A DNA stretch of 64,000 nt from Anthoceros angustus (taxonomy: Eukaryota > Plantae > Anthocerotophyta): assembly GCA_010909165.1 (NCBI GenBank), contig MU008174.1, positions 186,001 through 250,000 of the forward strand. The letters run 5' to 3'. The notes below the pieces were generated by a model, which did not search any database, was not told the DNA's origin, and saw only the letters and a program-made list of their open reading frames with translations. Made by a program: the position numbers and the translations under genes. Each line of letters starts with the position of its first letter. Within the stretch, counting starts at the first letter, position 1. Below are positions 22,801 to 36,165 of this stretch, in pieces.

Positions 22801-25800
22801 CTTTTTGTATTTCTTTTTGTCCTTCCGTGTGCCCTTGTTCGAGTTCTTCTTCTCTTCCGCATTGGACTCCTCATAGTTCAGAGCAGCTTTAATCGCCCGA
22901 TCCAAATCTTTCTCGGCTGGACGTGCCTTCCCATCTCCGCCCAATCCTCTTGCAAACCGGTGAATGGCCATTAGCTCAGTGCGGACCGGCCCGATCCGTG
23001 GGGCTGGAACCTTTCCACATAAGCTGCGGTCTCCTTCTTCCCTCGCCCCTTCTTAGGGTGTCCGCCTTCCTCTCGCCGCTCCGTGTCCGAGCGACCATCG
23101 CGGGAGTTCCGTAATACCCACTATCCACATCCCCAACCCTTCCGGGCTCCTCGGTGCAGCCTCGGAATCCTCCATCTGACCATGAGCGCATCTTGACTTG
23201 CAACGGGCTTTCTTTGCGGGGGTGGGTCGCCGGAGGTTGAGCGATCCTCACTGTTTTCGGTGTCTGGCGGAGGCCTGCCGGCTCGTGACGATTGCTTGCG
23301 GTCCACACACGACCTTTCAAAATCACCATTCCCTGGCGAGATGCGGAGGGGCATCCAGCAAGATGCCCGAACCCTCGGCAATTGTAACACTGACGGCACT
23401 CATTTGCGGGGTTCCTTGCCATCGATTGCGAATGCCCATGCCGTGGGGTTTCGCAAACTCGAGGTACAAAGTTTTGGTACCAGATCGGTGTTGCCTCTTG
23501 AATTTGGTATGTATCTTCCAAGCACATCTCCTCATCCTCCTCGTAGCCCAGTGGTTGCACTTTTGTTTGTGGGCGATTCGACCTCGAGTGCCCTGTCCAC
23601 AAGTTGAGCGAAGAGATTCGCCCGCGCTCGAGCAACCCTTCTTCTATCATGGTCCTTGATGGCATTAAGATGGAGTTTCTCGGTTTGACCATCATTTCCT
23701 CCATCTTGTTCCCTTGTTGCTCCACTTTTTGGCTGCTTTCCACCTCTCTTCTCACCGCTCCGCGTCCTTTCGTGCATATAGCAGCTCCTTTTGCACGTCG
23801 TCTTGTTTCCATCATTTTTCCCTTCTTCCTTCTATCCCTTGATTGCGCTCACCTTCGGCGAATTCTCCTCCGAATCCTCATGGTCTCCTCTTCCGTGGAG
23901 CTACCCGAGGAGTCGGTTGAAAACTATCCTCCTCCGCAGGCCCGGAGGACGAATAGTACTTCTTCTTCTTTTTGTATTTCTTTTTGTCCTTCCGTGCGCC
24001 CTTGTTCGAGTTCTTCTTCTCTTCCGTTGGACTCCTCATAGTTCAGAGCAGCTTTAATCGCCCGATCCAAATCTTTCTCAGCCTGGAGACGCACGTGCCT
24101 TCCCATTTCCGCGCCCAATCCTCTTGCAAACCAGCGAATGGCCATTAGCTCCGAGTGCGGACCAGCCCGATCCCGTAGGCTGTGGAACCTTTCCACATAA
24201 GCCTGCAGTGTCTCCTTCTTCCCTCTCCGCAGTCCCTCGAGTTTGGACAAGACATATCCTTCCACATCGACCCCTCAGATCTTTCACAAAAGCTCTCTTC
24301 AAGGCCCCAAAGGTAGGCGGGGTGTGGCGAAGCTATGTACTCCCGCTTGTACCACTTGGCGCCGCTCGCGTAAGACTCCATAAAGCAGTGGGCACGATCG
24401 CATCCTCACGGTTGTGGCGTCAAGCTCAAAACGCCGACTCATCCTTTTTTCCTCTTGCGGGTTTTCGCCCCATGTGTCGACTCGAGTCCCGTCATGTCCT
24501 CGTTTTGCACTTCACCCTCGAATCCAGCGGTCTCGGTGCTAAGGGAGTTACACTGATGCCATCCGAAATCGCAACCCTCGCGTTAAGTGTGGCGTTCGTG
24601 CCTTGCTCCCGTCCATTTGGATTCGCATGCCCTTTTTTCGCGACTCCCATCGAGTCCCTCGTCGTTTTGTGGTTGGACTTCTCTTCCTTCCCGCTGATGA
24701 AGCGCCTCTTCCTCCTCACTTGCGGACGTTATGGAAGCTCCCACTCCGTTCTTCTTCCTTTTTCCCTCGCTCCCCTTCTTAGGGTGTCCGCCTTCCTCTC
24801 TCGCCGCTCCGTGTCCGAGCGACCATCGCGGGAGTTCCGTAATACCCACTATCCACATCCCCAACCCTTCCGGGCTCCTCGGTGCAGCCTCGGAATCCTC
24901 CATCTGACCATGGCGCATCTTGACTTGCATTGCGGCAGGCTTTCTTTGCGGGGGTGGGTCGCCCGTGGAGGTTGAGCGATCCTCACTGTTTTCGGTGTCT
25001 GGCGGAGGCCTGCCGGCTCGTGACGATTGCTTGCGGTCCACACACCTTTCAAAATCACCATTCCCTGGCGAGATGCGGAGGGGCATCCAGCAAGATGCGA
25101 ACCCTCGGCAATTGTAACCTTGGGCGGCACTCATTTGCGGGGTTCCTTGCCATCGATTGCGAATGCCCATGCACAGGGTTTCGCAAACTCGAGGTACAAA
25201 GTTTTGGTACCGAGATCGGTGTTGCCTCTTGAATTTGGTATGTATCTTCCAAGCACATCTCCTCATCCTCCTCCTCGTAGCTGATGGTTGCACTTTTGTT
25301 TGTGGGCGATTCGACCTCGAGTGCCCTGTCCACAAGTTGAGCGAAGAGATTCGCGCTCCGGTAGCAACCCTTCTTCTATCATGGTCCTTGATGGCATTAA
25401 GATGGAGTTTCTCGGTTTGACCATCATTTCCTCCATCTTGTTCCCTTGTTGCTCCACTTTTTGGCTCTTTGTTTCCACCTCTCTTCTCACACTCCGCGTC
25501 CTTTCGTGCATATAGCGCTCCTTCCCTTTTGCACGTCGTCTTGTTTCCAGTCATTTTTCCCTTCTTCCTTCTATCCCTTGATTGCGCTCACCTTCGGCGA
25601 ATTCTCCTCCGAATCCTCATGGTCTCCTCTTTGGAGCTACCCGAGTCGGTTGAAAACTATCCTCCTCCAGCTATGGGGCGAATAGTACTTCTTCTTCTTT
25701 TGTATTTCTTTTTGTCCTTTGCGCCCTTGTTCGAGTTCTTCTTCTCTTCCGCGTTGGACTCCTCATAGTTCGAGCTTTAATCGCCCGATCCAAATCTTTC

Positions 25801-26637
25801 TCACTGGAGGCACGTGCCTTCCCATCTCGCGCCCAATCCTCTTGCAAACCGGTGAATGGCCATTAGCTCGAGTGCGGACCGGCCCGATCCGTGGGTGGAA
25901 CCTTTCCACATAAGCTGCGGTCTCCTTCTTCTTCCCTCTCCGCATCCCTCGAGTTTGGACAAGACATATCCTTCCACATCGACCCCTCGAACCTTTCACA
26001 AAAGCTCTCTTCAAGGCCCCAAAGTAGGCGGGGTGTGGCGGAAGCTATGTACTCCCGCTTGTACCACTTGGCCGCGCTCGCGTAAGACTCCATAAAGCAG
26101 TGGGCACGATCGCATCCTCCTCACGGTTGTGGCGTCAAGCTGCTCAAAAGCGCTCGACAAACTCGTCGGGATCCTCATGGCCCTTCTTTTCTCCATACAG
26201 CGGGTAAGATTGCTTAGTAGTAACAAGCGGTCTTGCCATAACTACCGGGGTAGTACTTTCAGCAATGGTAGTTGGCCGCCACTACGTGCGGTGACCTCTA
26301 CATTCACGAAGTTTTGGGACTGCGCGGATCTAGGCAATGGGCGAGATCAAAAGACAAGGTGGGATCGTACTTACCGCTTCAGTCGAGAGTTGGGAATCAA
26401 TCCGTTAAGATCCGATCCCTAGTTCCGAGTTGACTCCTCCCCTTCCTCGTCCCAAGTGTGATCTCCGCCGTGCTCTCCTCGTAACTCTCTGCAATCTTTC
26501 CGCTTGGCGTTGCCGTCTTGCGAGCGTTTCCCCAGTCGGATCGAATCGCTTGTCTCCACCGAGGCATCCATCAATCTAGTAATGCTAGACTCTCGTAAGC
26601 TATGGTTAGTCCTTCCTCGTCCTTGATTTGATTCCAT
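16891..26637 (-). CDS. gag: gag and gag-pol spacer of internal unit 1, with repeated partial RT/PR/gag blocks
   Basis: Gag core (LSKLEGLRRGKKETLQAYVERFHSL..KDLDRAIKAALNYEES) and CCHC knuckles (CRQCYNCRGFGHLASGC) recur 3-4 times through step-back duplication; ATG at 26637. Confidence 0.8.
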
Positions 26638-26653
26638 TCCCGCAGCGGCGCCA
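26637..26653 (-). other. Primer-binding site variant (repeated at 27285-27301; degenerate near 29110-29121)
   Basis: TGGCGCCGCTGCGGGAA, 3 nt from the LTR end. Confidence 0.8.
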
Positions 26654-26656
26654 AAA

Positions 26657-29600
26657 TGTGGAGTGTGGATTCGTGTCCGGGGACACCGTGAGGTCCACAT
26701 TCACCCTCAATGTCGTTGTAGGCTTAGGATTCGCTCCCAAGGGAATGGTTTGTGCCAAGAGGCGCTAACTTCTATCGCTCACCTTCACCTAAGTCAAGAC
26801 TTACTTGCTATTACTCCACTTACCTATCTACTCAACCACTACTACCCCCGACTTGTCTAGCTACCACGGCTCTTATTCCACGACCGCAAATCTCATTCCA
26901 CGAGCGGTGGCTCTCACCGGGTAGTTGCTTCGACCACCGAGGTGGGTCCACACCAAACCCTAGCGACTTATTTCCGGCCGCGGCGGATCTAGGCAATGGG
27001 CGAGATCAAAAGACAAGGTGGGAATGGCCCTTGTACGTAGTCGAGGTTGGGAATCGAATCCGTTAAGATCCGATCCCTAGTTCCGAGTTGACTCCTGCCC
27101 CTTCCTCGTCCCAAGTGTGATCTCCGCTCTCCTCGTAACTCTCACAATCTTTCCGCTTGGCGTTGCCGTCTTGCGAGCGTTTCCCCAGTCGGATCGAATC
27201 GCTTGTCTCCACCGAGGCATCCATCAATCTAGTAATGCTAGACTCTCGTAAGCTATGGTTAGTCCTTCCTCGTCCTTGATTCCATTCCCGCAGCGGCGCC
27301 AAAATGTGGAGTGTGGATTCGTGTCCGGGGACACCGTGAGGTCCACATTCACCCTCAATGTCGTTGTAGGCTTAGGATTCGCTCCCAAGGGAATGGTTTG
27401 TGCCAAGAGGCGCTAACTTCTATCGCTCGACCTTCACCTAAGTCAAGACTTGCTATTACTCCTCTTACCTATCTACTCAACCACTACTACCCCCGACTTG
27501 TCTAGCTACCACTCTTATTCCACGACCGCAAATCTCATTCCACGACCGCGGTGCTCTCACCGGTAGTTGCTTGACCACCGAGGTGGGTCCCACACCCAAA
27601 CCCTAGCGACTTATTTCCGGCGCCGCGCGCGGATCCCCACGCAGGCGTCCGTACCGGATCGGCTTTATTGCACTCCACACTTCATGCACACACACACCGA
27701 TTCCTAGGGACCTAAATTCCACAAATCCTCACCGCTCCACACACACAGGCGCCACACTCACACAACTTTACAAGGGCCTGTTCCCCTTGCGCCGCTTCCA
27801 CCAGCACCGGTTTGGTTTCTTTTGGATTCACACAATCTCCGCTAGCCTCTCAATTAGTTCCCTTCTCAACCCCTCTCACACCTCGCCAGCGTCTGATGTT
27901 TAGTCACTCCTTCACCCAATCTTCTCCCTCTCTCTCTCTCCCTCAACTCGCCCGAGCTTCCAACCATCCACTCAACACTTCTCTCAATTGAACACAACTA
28001 GGGACAAGTGTGAAGGAAAGAAGAACCCCAGGCGTCCACGCTCGGATCGGCTTTATTGCACTCCACACTTCATGCACACACACACCGATTCCTAGGGACC
28101 TAAATTCCACAAATCCCTCACCGCTCCACACACACACACACAAGGCGCCACACTCACACAACTTTACAAGGAGCTGTTCCCCTTGCACTTCCACCAGAGT
28201 TTGGTTTCTTTTGGATTCACACAATCTCCGCTAGCCTCTCAATTAGTTCCTTCTCAACCCCTCTCACACCTCGCCAGCGTCTGATGTTTAGTCACTCCTT
28301 CACCCAATCTTCTCCCTCTCTCTCTCTCCCTCAACTCGCCCGAGCTTCCAACCATCCACTCAACACTTCTCTCAATTGAACACAACTAGCGGGGACAAGT
28401 GTGAAGGAAAGAAGAACCCCAGGCGTCACGGCGTTACGAGCAAGCTCCGGACCCGCCCAATCCCTTGGTTTCCTCCTCCTTTGTCGGCAAGATTGCTTTA
28501 TCACCCCTCCTCCCAGTGCGGAAGCTATGTACTCCCGCTTGTACCACTTGGCCGCTCGCGTAAGACTCCATAAAGCAGTGGGCACGATCGCATCCTCACG
28601 GTTGTGGCGTCGGTGCTCAAAAGCAGCTCGACAAACTCGTCGGGATCCTCATGGCCCTTCTTTTCTCCATACAGCGGGTAAGATTGCTTAGTAGTAACAA
28701 GCAGATCGCCATAACTACGGGGTAGTACTTTCAGCAGCTGCGGTAGTTGGCCGCAGCCACTACGTGCGGGTGACCTCTACATTCACGAAGTTTGACCTGC
28801 GGCGGATCTAGGCAATGGGCGAGATCAAAAGACAAGGTGGGATCGGGGCCTTGCACATACGTAGTCGAGGTTGGGAATCGAATCCGTTAAGATCCGATCC
28901 CTAGTTCCGAGTTGACTCCTCTTCCTCGTCCCAAGTGTGATCTCCGTGCTCTCCTCGTAACTCTCTGCAATCTTTCCATTGCTTGGCGTTGCCGTCTTGC
29001 GAGCGTTTCCCCAGTCGGATCGAATCGCTTGTCTCCACGAGGCATCCATCAATCTAGTAATGCTAGACTCTCGTAAGCTATGGTTAGTCCTTCCTCGTCC
29101 TTGATTCCATTCCCCGCGCCAAAATGTGGAGTGTGGATTCGTGTCCGGGGACACCGTGAGGTCCACATTCACCCTCAATGTCGTTGTAGGCTTAGGATTC
29201 GCTCCCAAGGGAATGGTTTGTGCCAAGAGGCGCTAACTTCTATCGCTCGACCTTCACCTAAGTCAAGACTTACTTGCTATTACTCCTCTTACCTATCTAC
29301 TCAACCACTACTACCCCCGACACCACGACTCTTATTCCACGACCGCAAATCTCATTCCACGACCGCGGTGGCTCTCACCGGTAGTTGCTTCGACCACCGA
29401 GGTGGGTCCACACCAAACCCTAGCGACTTATTTCCGGCCGCCTATTCGAGGATTATTCGGCTCCTCGTCCACCCAAGCTGGACCTCCTCCCAGTGCGGAT
29501 CGGCTTTATTGCACTCCACACTTCATGCACACACACACCGATTCCTAGGGACCTAAATTCCACAAATCCTCACCGCTCCACACACACACACACAGGCGCC

Positions 29601-32600
29601 ACACTCACACAACTTTACAAGGGCCTGTTCCCCTTGCGCCGCTTCCACCAGCACCGGTTTGGTTTCTTTTGGATTCACACAAATCTCCGCTAGCCTCTCA
29701 ATTAGTTCCCTTCTCAACCCCTCTCACACCTCGCCAGCGTCTGATGTTTAGTCACTCCTTCACCCAATCTTCTCCCTCTCTCTCTCTCCCTCAACTCGCC
29801 CGAGCTTCCAACCATCCACTCAACACTTCTCTCAATTGAACACAACTAGGGACAAGTGTGAAGGAAAGAAGAACCCCAGGCGTCCACGCTCGGATCGGCT
29901 TTATTGCACTCCACACTTCATGCACACACACACCGATTCCTAGGGACCTAAATTCCACAAATCCCTCACCGCTCCACACACACACACACAAGGCGCCACA
30001 CTCACACAACTTTACAAGGAGCTGTTCCCCTTGCACTTCCACCAGAGTTTGGTTTCTTTTGGATTCACACAAATCTCCGCTAGCCTCTCAATTAGTTCCT
30101 TCTCAACCCCTCTCACACCTCGCCAGCGTCTGATGTTTAGTCACTCCTTCACCCAATCTTCTCCCTCTCTCTCTCTTCCTCAATTCGCCCGCAAGCTTCC
30201 AACCATCCACTCAACATTTCTCGCTTAATTCGGAACACAACTAGCAGGGACAAGTGTGAAGGAAAGAAGAACCCCCGGGCGTCACAGCAGGCGTTACGAG
30301 CAAGCTCCAGACCCGCCCCGCGCCAATCCCTTGGTTTCCTCCTCCTTTGTCAGCAAGATTGCTTTATCACCCCTCCTCCCCCAGCTGCGGAGCAAGCTCT
30401 CGACCACCCCTAGGAGCGTCTCGCGCACACCGCCTCTGTCAATCGGACGTCTCCAACCAGCCACAGGCAGCGTGGGGATCTCAACCAGAATTATCGGCGT
30501 GAGGGACCTAGTCGCCCCTCTTATACATCGGTGGGGCACCACCCCGGATTTTAGGTCCTAAGATGGCTATCGCGAAGGCGCGCCCACAATTCGGGCGATC
30601 CTAGGTCGGTCGACATCCTAACCAAATTATCTTTAGGTTGCTACCACCTCACGCTCTGCGCGCCCTACCTCGACTTGGCGTCGGCCTCGTCCTCCATTGC
30701 CGCCACGAGCTCTCACCTTGCGCCCGGTGGACGGGTTCTCCACACTACTTCCACCTCACATCGCTGGGCGTCGAATTTGAGGTGTACCACCTGGGCTTCG
30801 CATCTTCCGCTGGCCGCCTATTCGAGGATTATTCGGCTCCTCGTCCACCCAAGCTGGACCTCCTCCTCGCTCAACTCCTCCAAAGTCGCCTCCGCGCATA
30901 ATAGGGAGCCAACCCCACACCGGGCGATGGTAGAAGTATGCACTTGGTCCTCACTTGCGATGGGTAGGCCACATCCCTCCTATTTCCACACGCACATGGG
31001 CGGTGAGGTTAAGCACGCGTTCTCCATTCACATATAGACCGGGCACATAAGTTTCCTCATCCATGTGCCGTAATATAATAGGACCCCTGCTGCGGTGAGG
31101 TGCTTACCCCTCCTCCGTAGGCTACACAGTTGCTGGCCTATGTCCTCGCGAGGCGCCACGTCGCATCCGCCGCCGCCCGGGTTGGTTGCGCCAATGTCGG
31201 TGGCGGTTTCGACTACGCGGTAGTGGACTCCACGACGGCCGTCGTTCGTTCGAACCGGTAGGTGAGGTTTCGGCTACCTCGGTTCTTTGCTTCCTTCCGC
31301 TCGGTAGGCCCTTCCGCTACTCGATCGTGGTCACGCTACCCTTCCCCTTCCCTTTGTCTTTTACGGCCCCGCCACGTGCCTCATCCGCTCCGCTTATATC
31401 GCTCCGCTAGCTTATGGGCCTTTTCCCGAGGCCGCTTCACGCTCTGGGCTCGCAACAACTCCCCTGCATCTCTGGTTCGTCTCGTGGGCATCCTTAATTT
31501 GAGCCATGAGTGCTTCCTGCTGGCTCGTCATGGCTTGCAACTTCTCCTGGGCCCTGCACAAATCTTCTTGAATCTTGGCCCTTATTTCCTCTAGGTTCCG
31601 CTTGTCTTCCTCCAGTTGCTTGCGCTTGGCCTCCTCTTCGTCAAACCTGGCCTTCACCACTTCCTCCCGTCGCCCCTGCACACTGAGCCAGGTGAGAGCT
31701 AAAGCCGCTTGATCCAACAAATCTGCTTGGGCCCGGATCATCGACGTGGTCAGCTCCTGCAAGTCCACTTGTTGTGGCGGCCCCGACGCCATCCCTCGAG
31801 AACTTTCCTCCCAGTGCGCACCCTCACCAATTCGGTTGCATCCACCTCTGTTGCGGTGGAGTCCCTTGAAAATCTCTTCCCATCGAGGAGGGTCCGCCTC
31901 GAGGTCAGCCTAAACCCTCGGAGTTGATTCATCATCGCATCCAGTCGGCAAAATTGTCCTCGGATCGCGCCTCCTCTTCGCCACCTCAAGCTGGTTTGGC
32001 TTTCATTTTCTTTGCTTCCTTCCTCCTTGGGCTCCTCCGCCTTCACCTTTTCGACACAGTGGCCGCATCCGCCTTCACCTTTTTTTGATGCCCGCCTTCA
32101 CCCCGGTCTTCCTCCTTTTCTTTGGTGGGAATTTCCTTCTCCTCCTCCAGGCACTGTCGCCACCGACTCCCGGCTATCCGATTTTTCCTCCTTGGGCTCC
32201 TCCGCCTTCCATTTCACCTCCCTAACCGGCTTCCACATGTGGAGGGAGGCTACAATCTCCACCTCTGGCGGGGCAGTTAGCGTAAACATAAAGATGGACG
32301 GAAATGGTGAGATTAGAGGCCGAGGCGGAAATCAAGTTCAACCTCTCTTCACACAACTTGTCGAGAGAATTCGCTAATCGATCTTCGCCCCTTGACCACT
32401 TCATGAAGGAACAAGCAAGTGGTCGGACAAATAATCACGCTTCTTGTCTGCGAAACATAGGAAACCACTGGCGGACCCATCAAGCTGTTGCCAATCCCTC
32501 GTCAACCGCCGTTGGGTTCGCGAATTCGCCCGCTTTAACGGGCGGCTGCTGCTTCTTGCCGTGCTTCTTTTCTGGGCGGCTCCATCACCAACCGCCGCCT

Positions 32601-35600
32601 CCTCCTTGCGCACCCTCACCAATTGTTGCATCCACCTCTGTTGCGGTGGAGTCCCTTGAAAATCTCTTCCCATCTTTGAGGAGGGTCCGCCTCGAGGTCA
32701 GCCTAAACCCTCGGAGTTGATTCATCATCGCATCCGGTCGGCAAAATTGTCCTCGGATCGCGCCTCCTCTTCGCCACCTCAAGCTGGTTTGGCTTTCATT
32801 TCTGTAGCGGGCGCCTTTTCGACACAGTGGCCGCATCCGCCTTCACCTTTTTTTGATGCCCGCCTTCACCCCGGTCTTCCTCCTTTTCTTTGGTGGGAAT
32901 TTCCTTCTCCTCCTCCAGGCCTGTCGCCCGACTCCCGGCTATCCGATTTTTCCTCCTTGGGCTCCTCCGCCTTCCATTTCACCTCCCTAACCGGCTTCCA
33001 CATGTGGAGGAGGCTACAATCTCCACCTCTGGCGGGGCAGTTAGCGTAAACATAAAGATGGACGGAAATGGTGAGATTAGAGGCCGAGGCGGAAATCAAG
33101 TTCAACCTCTCTTCACACAACTTGTCGAGAGAATTCGCTTCGATCTTCGCCCCTTGACCACTTCATGAAGGAACAAGCAAGTGGTCGGACAAATAATCGC
33201 TTCTTGTCTTTGCGAAACATAGGAAACCACTGGCGGACCCATCAAGCTGCTGTTGCCAAATCCCTCGTCAACCGCCGTTGGGTTCGCGAATTCGCCCGCT
33301 TTAACGGGCGGCTGCTGCTTCTTGCCGTGCTTCTTTTCTGGACGGCTCCATCACCAACCGCCGCCTCCTCCTTGCGCACCCTCACCAATTGTTGCATCCA
33401 CCTCTGTTGCGGTGGAGTCCCTTGAAAATCTCTTCCCATCTTTGAGGAGGGTCCGCCTCAGGTCAGCCTAAACCCTCGGAGTTGATTCATCATCGCATCC
33501 GGTCGGCAAAATTGTCCTCGGATCGCGCCTCCTCTTCGCCACCTCAAGCTGGTTTGGCTTTCATTTCTGTAGCGCCGTTTTCGACACAGTGGCCGCATCC
33601 GCCTTCACCTTTTGATGCCCGCCTTCACCCCGGTCTTCCTCCTTTTCTTTGGTGGGAATTTCCTTCTCCTCCTCCAGGCCTGTCGCCACCGACTCCCAGC
33701 TATCCGATTTTTCCTCCTTGGGCTCCTCCGCCTTCCATTTCACCTCCCTAACCGGCTTCCACATGTGGAGGCTACAATCTCCACCTCTGGCGGGGCAGTT
33801 AGCGTAAACATAAAGATGGACCGAAATGGTGAGATTAGAGGCCGAGGCGGAGAAATCAAGTTCAACCTCTCTTCACACAACTTGTCGAGAGAATTCGCTA
33901 ATCGATCTTCGCCTTGACCACTTCATGAAGGAAGCGGCAGCAAGTGGTCGGACAAATAATCCACTTCTTGTCTGCGAAACATAGGAAACCACTGGCGGAC
34001 CCATCAAGCTGCGTTGCCAAATCCCTCGTCAACCGTTGGGTTCGCGAATTCGCCCGCTTTAACCGGGCGGCTGCTTGCCGTGCTTCTTTTCTGACGGCTC
34101 CATCACCAACCCGCCGCCTCCTCCTTGCCGCCACCCTCTAACCAGCTCCGGTCCCAATCCTGCGGCCGCTCTAAATCCCCTTTGGTTCATCCTTGGTGTG
34201 CGCACACTCTGCACAGTCCAGTTCATGTAATTCCACCGCTCTTCCATGAAACCCAGCTTCAGCTCCTTCACCAGCTCCCCAGCTCGAACTTTCCAATGAT
34301 CCATGTTCGGCCATTGGGCAAGCACAATTTCGGTGGTGACCTTGGGCGCCATCCCTCTCACGGTCTTCCTGGTCTCGCGCCACAAACCAACGCCACCTCG
34401 CTGCGAATTTCCTGGGGGGTCAGTCTCCAGGGTTCCTACCTCCTCAGCAAGGAGCGCCGCTGTCTGTCGCGCCTTCCTCCTCCTGCGTTGCGCCTCGCGA
34501 TGTCGGCGGCGGGGTTGGGCTCCTTCCCGCCGTCGTTGCGCCTCGCGCCTCCTGCGATCACGGTGCCCCGGACGGCTCCTCGACTTCGTCGCGCTCCGCT
34601 TATATCGCTCGCTCCGTTGTTTGAGCAGGATTGTCATTTCCTAGGGTTAAGTTTCCCGGTTCCCCTACTCTGTTCGACCTCTCGACCGCTTCCCACATCC
34701 CAATCCACAACCCACACTCATTCACTACCGGGCGTGGTCGACCCCAACTTATAGACTCTAATTATTCCAAACCCCCTATCTCACATATATAGACTTTTTA
34801 GGGAACATTCGAGTCCATGGGCCAAGGAACACCAAATTCGGACCATTTATTTTCTAACCTAGGCAATAAAACAAAAAGAACTCCATAGGCCAAGGACATT
34901 TTTACTATGAATATCCCCAACTACCGTCAATCGACTTATTTTCACACCACTCTCAAAAAAAAAAAAAACAAAAATTCACTTGAGCACATTTTAAGGGTTT
35001 CGAGACTAGATCGTTTACATACTCCCTTCTCATTTGTTGGCGTCGCCAACTTATGTATAATACTTCTTGACCCTCCACCCATTGACTCGGGTCGGTAGTG
35101 GAGGTCCACCTTCTTGCGGTTGTCTTGAGCCATTCTTGAAGACTTGAGAACTTTGTATGGCCCCATCCATCGAAGGTGGAGCTTGCCGGAAAGTGCATGT
35201 ACCTATTGTCGTCTGTGAGGCCAAGTCACCGGAACTACCCACTCTTGCTTCGCCCATACACCCTTCTAACCAGCTCCGGTCCCAATCCTGCGGCTTCGCT
35301 CTAAATCCCCTTTGGTTCATCCTTGGTGGCGCACACTCTGCACAGTCCGAGTTCATGTAATTCCACCGCTCTTCCATGAAACCCGGCTTGACTCCTTCAC
35401 AGCTCCCAGCTCGAACTTTCCAATGATCCATGTTCGGCCATTGGGCAAGCACAATTTCGGTGGTGACCTTGGCGCCATCCCTCTCACGGTCTTCACGGTC
35501 TCGCCACAAACCAACGCCACCTCGCTGCGAATTTCACGGAGGTCGGTCTCGGGGTTCCTACCTCCTCGGCAAGGCGCGCCTTCCTCCTCTGCGTCGCGCC

Positions 35601-36134
35601 TTCCTCCTCTGCGTCGCGCCTCGCGATGTCGGCGGGGTTGAGCTCCTTCCCCGTCGTTGCGCCTCGCGCCCTCCTGCGATCACGGTGCCCCGGACCCGGC
35701 TCCTCGACTTCGTCGCGCTCGCTCGCTCGCTCGCTCGCTCCGTTGTTTGAGCAGGATTACATCATTCCTAGGGTTAAGTTTCCCGGGTTCCCCTACTCTG
35801 TTCGACCTCTCGACCGCTTCCCACATCCCAATCCACAACCCACACTCATTCCCCATTTCTGGAGTCGACCCCAACTTATAGACTCTAATTATTCCAAACC
35901 CCCTATCTCACATATATAGACTTTTTAGGGAACATTAGTCCATGGGCCAAGGAACACCAAATTCCGGACCATTTATTTTCTAACCTAGGCAATAAAACAA
36001 AAAGAACTCCATAGGCCAAGGACATTTTTACTATGAATATCCCCAACTACCGTCAATCGACTTATTTTCACCACTCTCAAAAAAACAAAAATTCACTTGA
36101 GCACATTTTCAGGGTTTCGAGACTAGATCGTTTA
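26657..36134 (-). repeat. LTR-B (central shared LTR), heavily expanded by step-back duplications
   Basis: LTR left edge at 26657, again at 27305 and 29125; right edge at 35019, again near 36134. PBS on the left side, PPT on the right side. Confidence 0.8.
30640..34700 (-). CDS. LTR-encoded accessory ORF, LTR-B copy (internally duplicated)
   Basis: ORF-track 31412-31792, 32222-32404, 34059-34637; the middle block is repeated three times. Confidence 0.55.
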
Positions 36135-36165
36135 CTCCCTTCTCATTTGTTGGCGTCCCGCCAAC

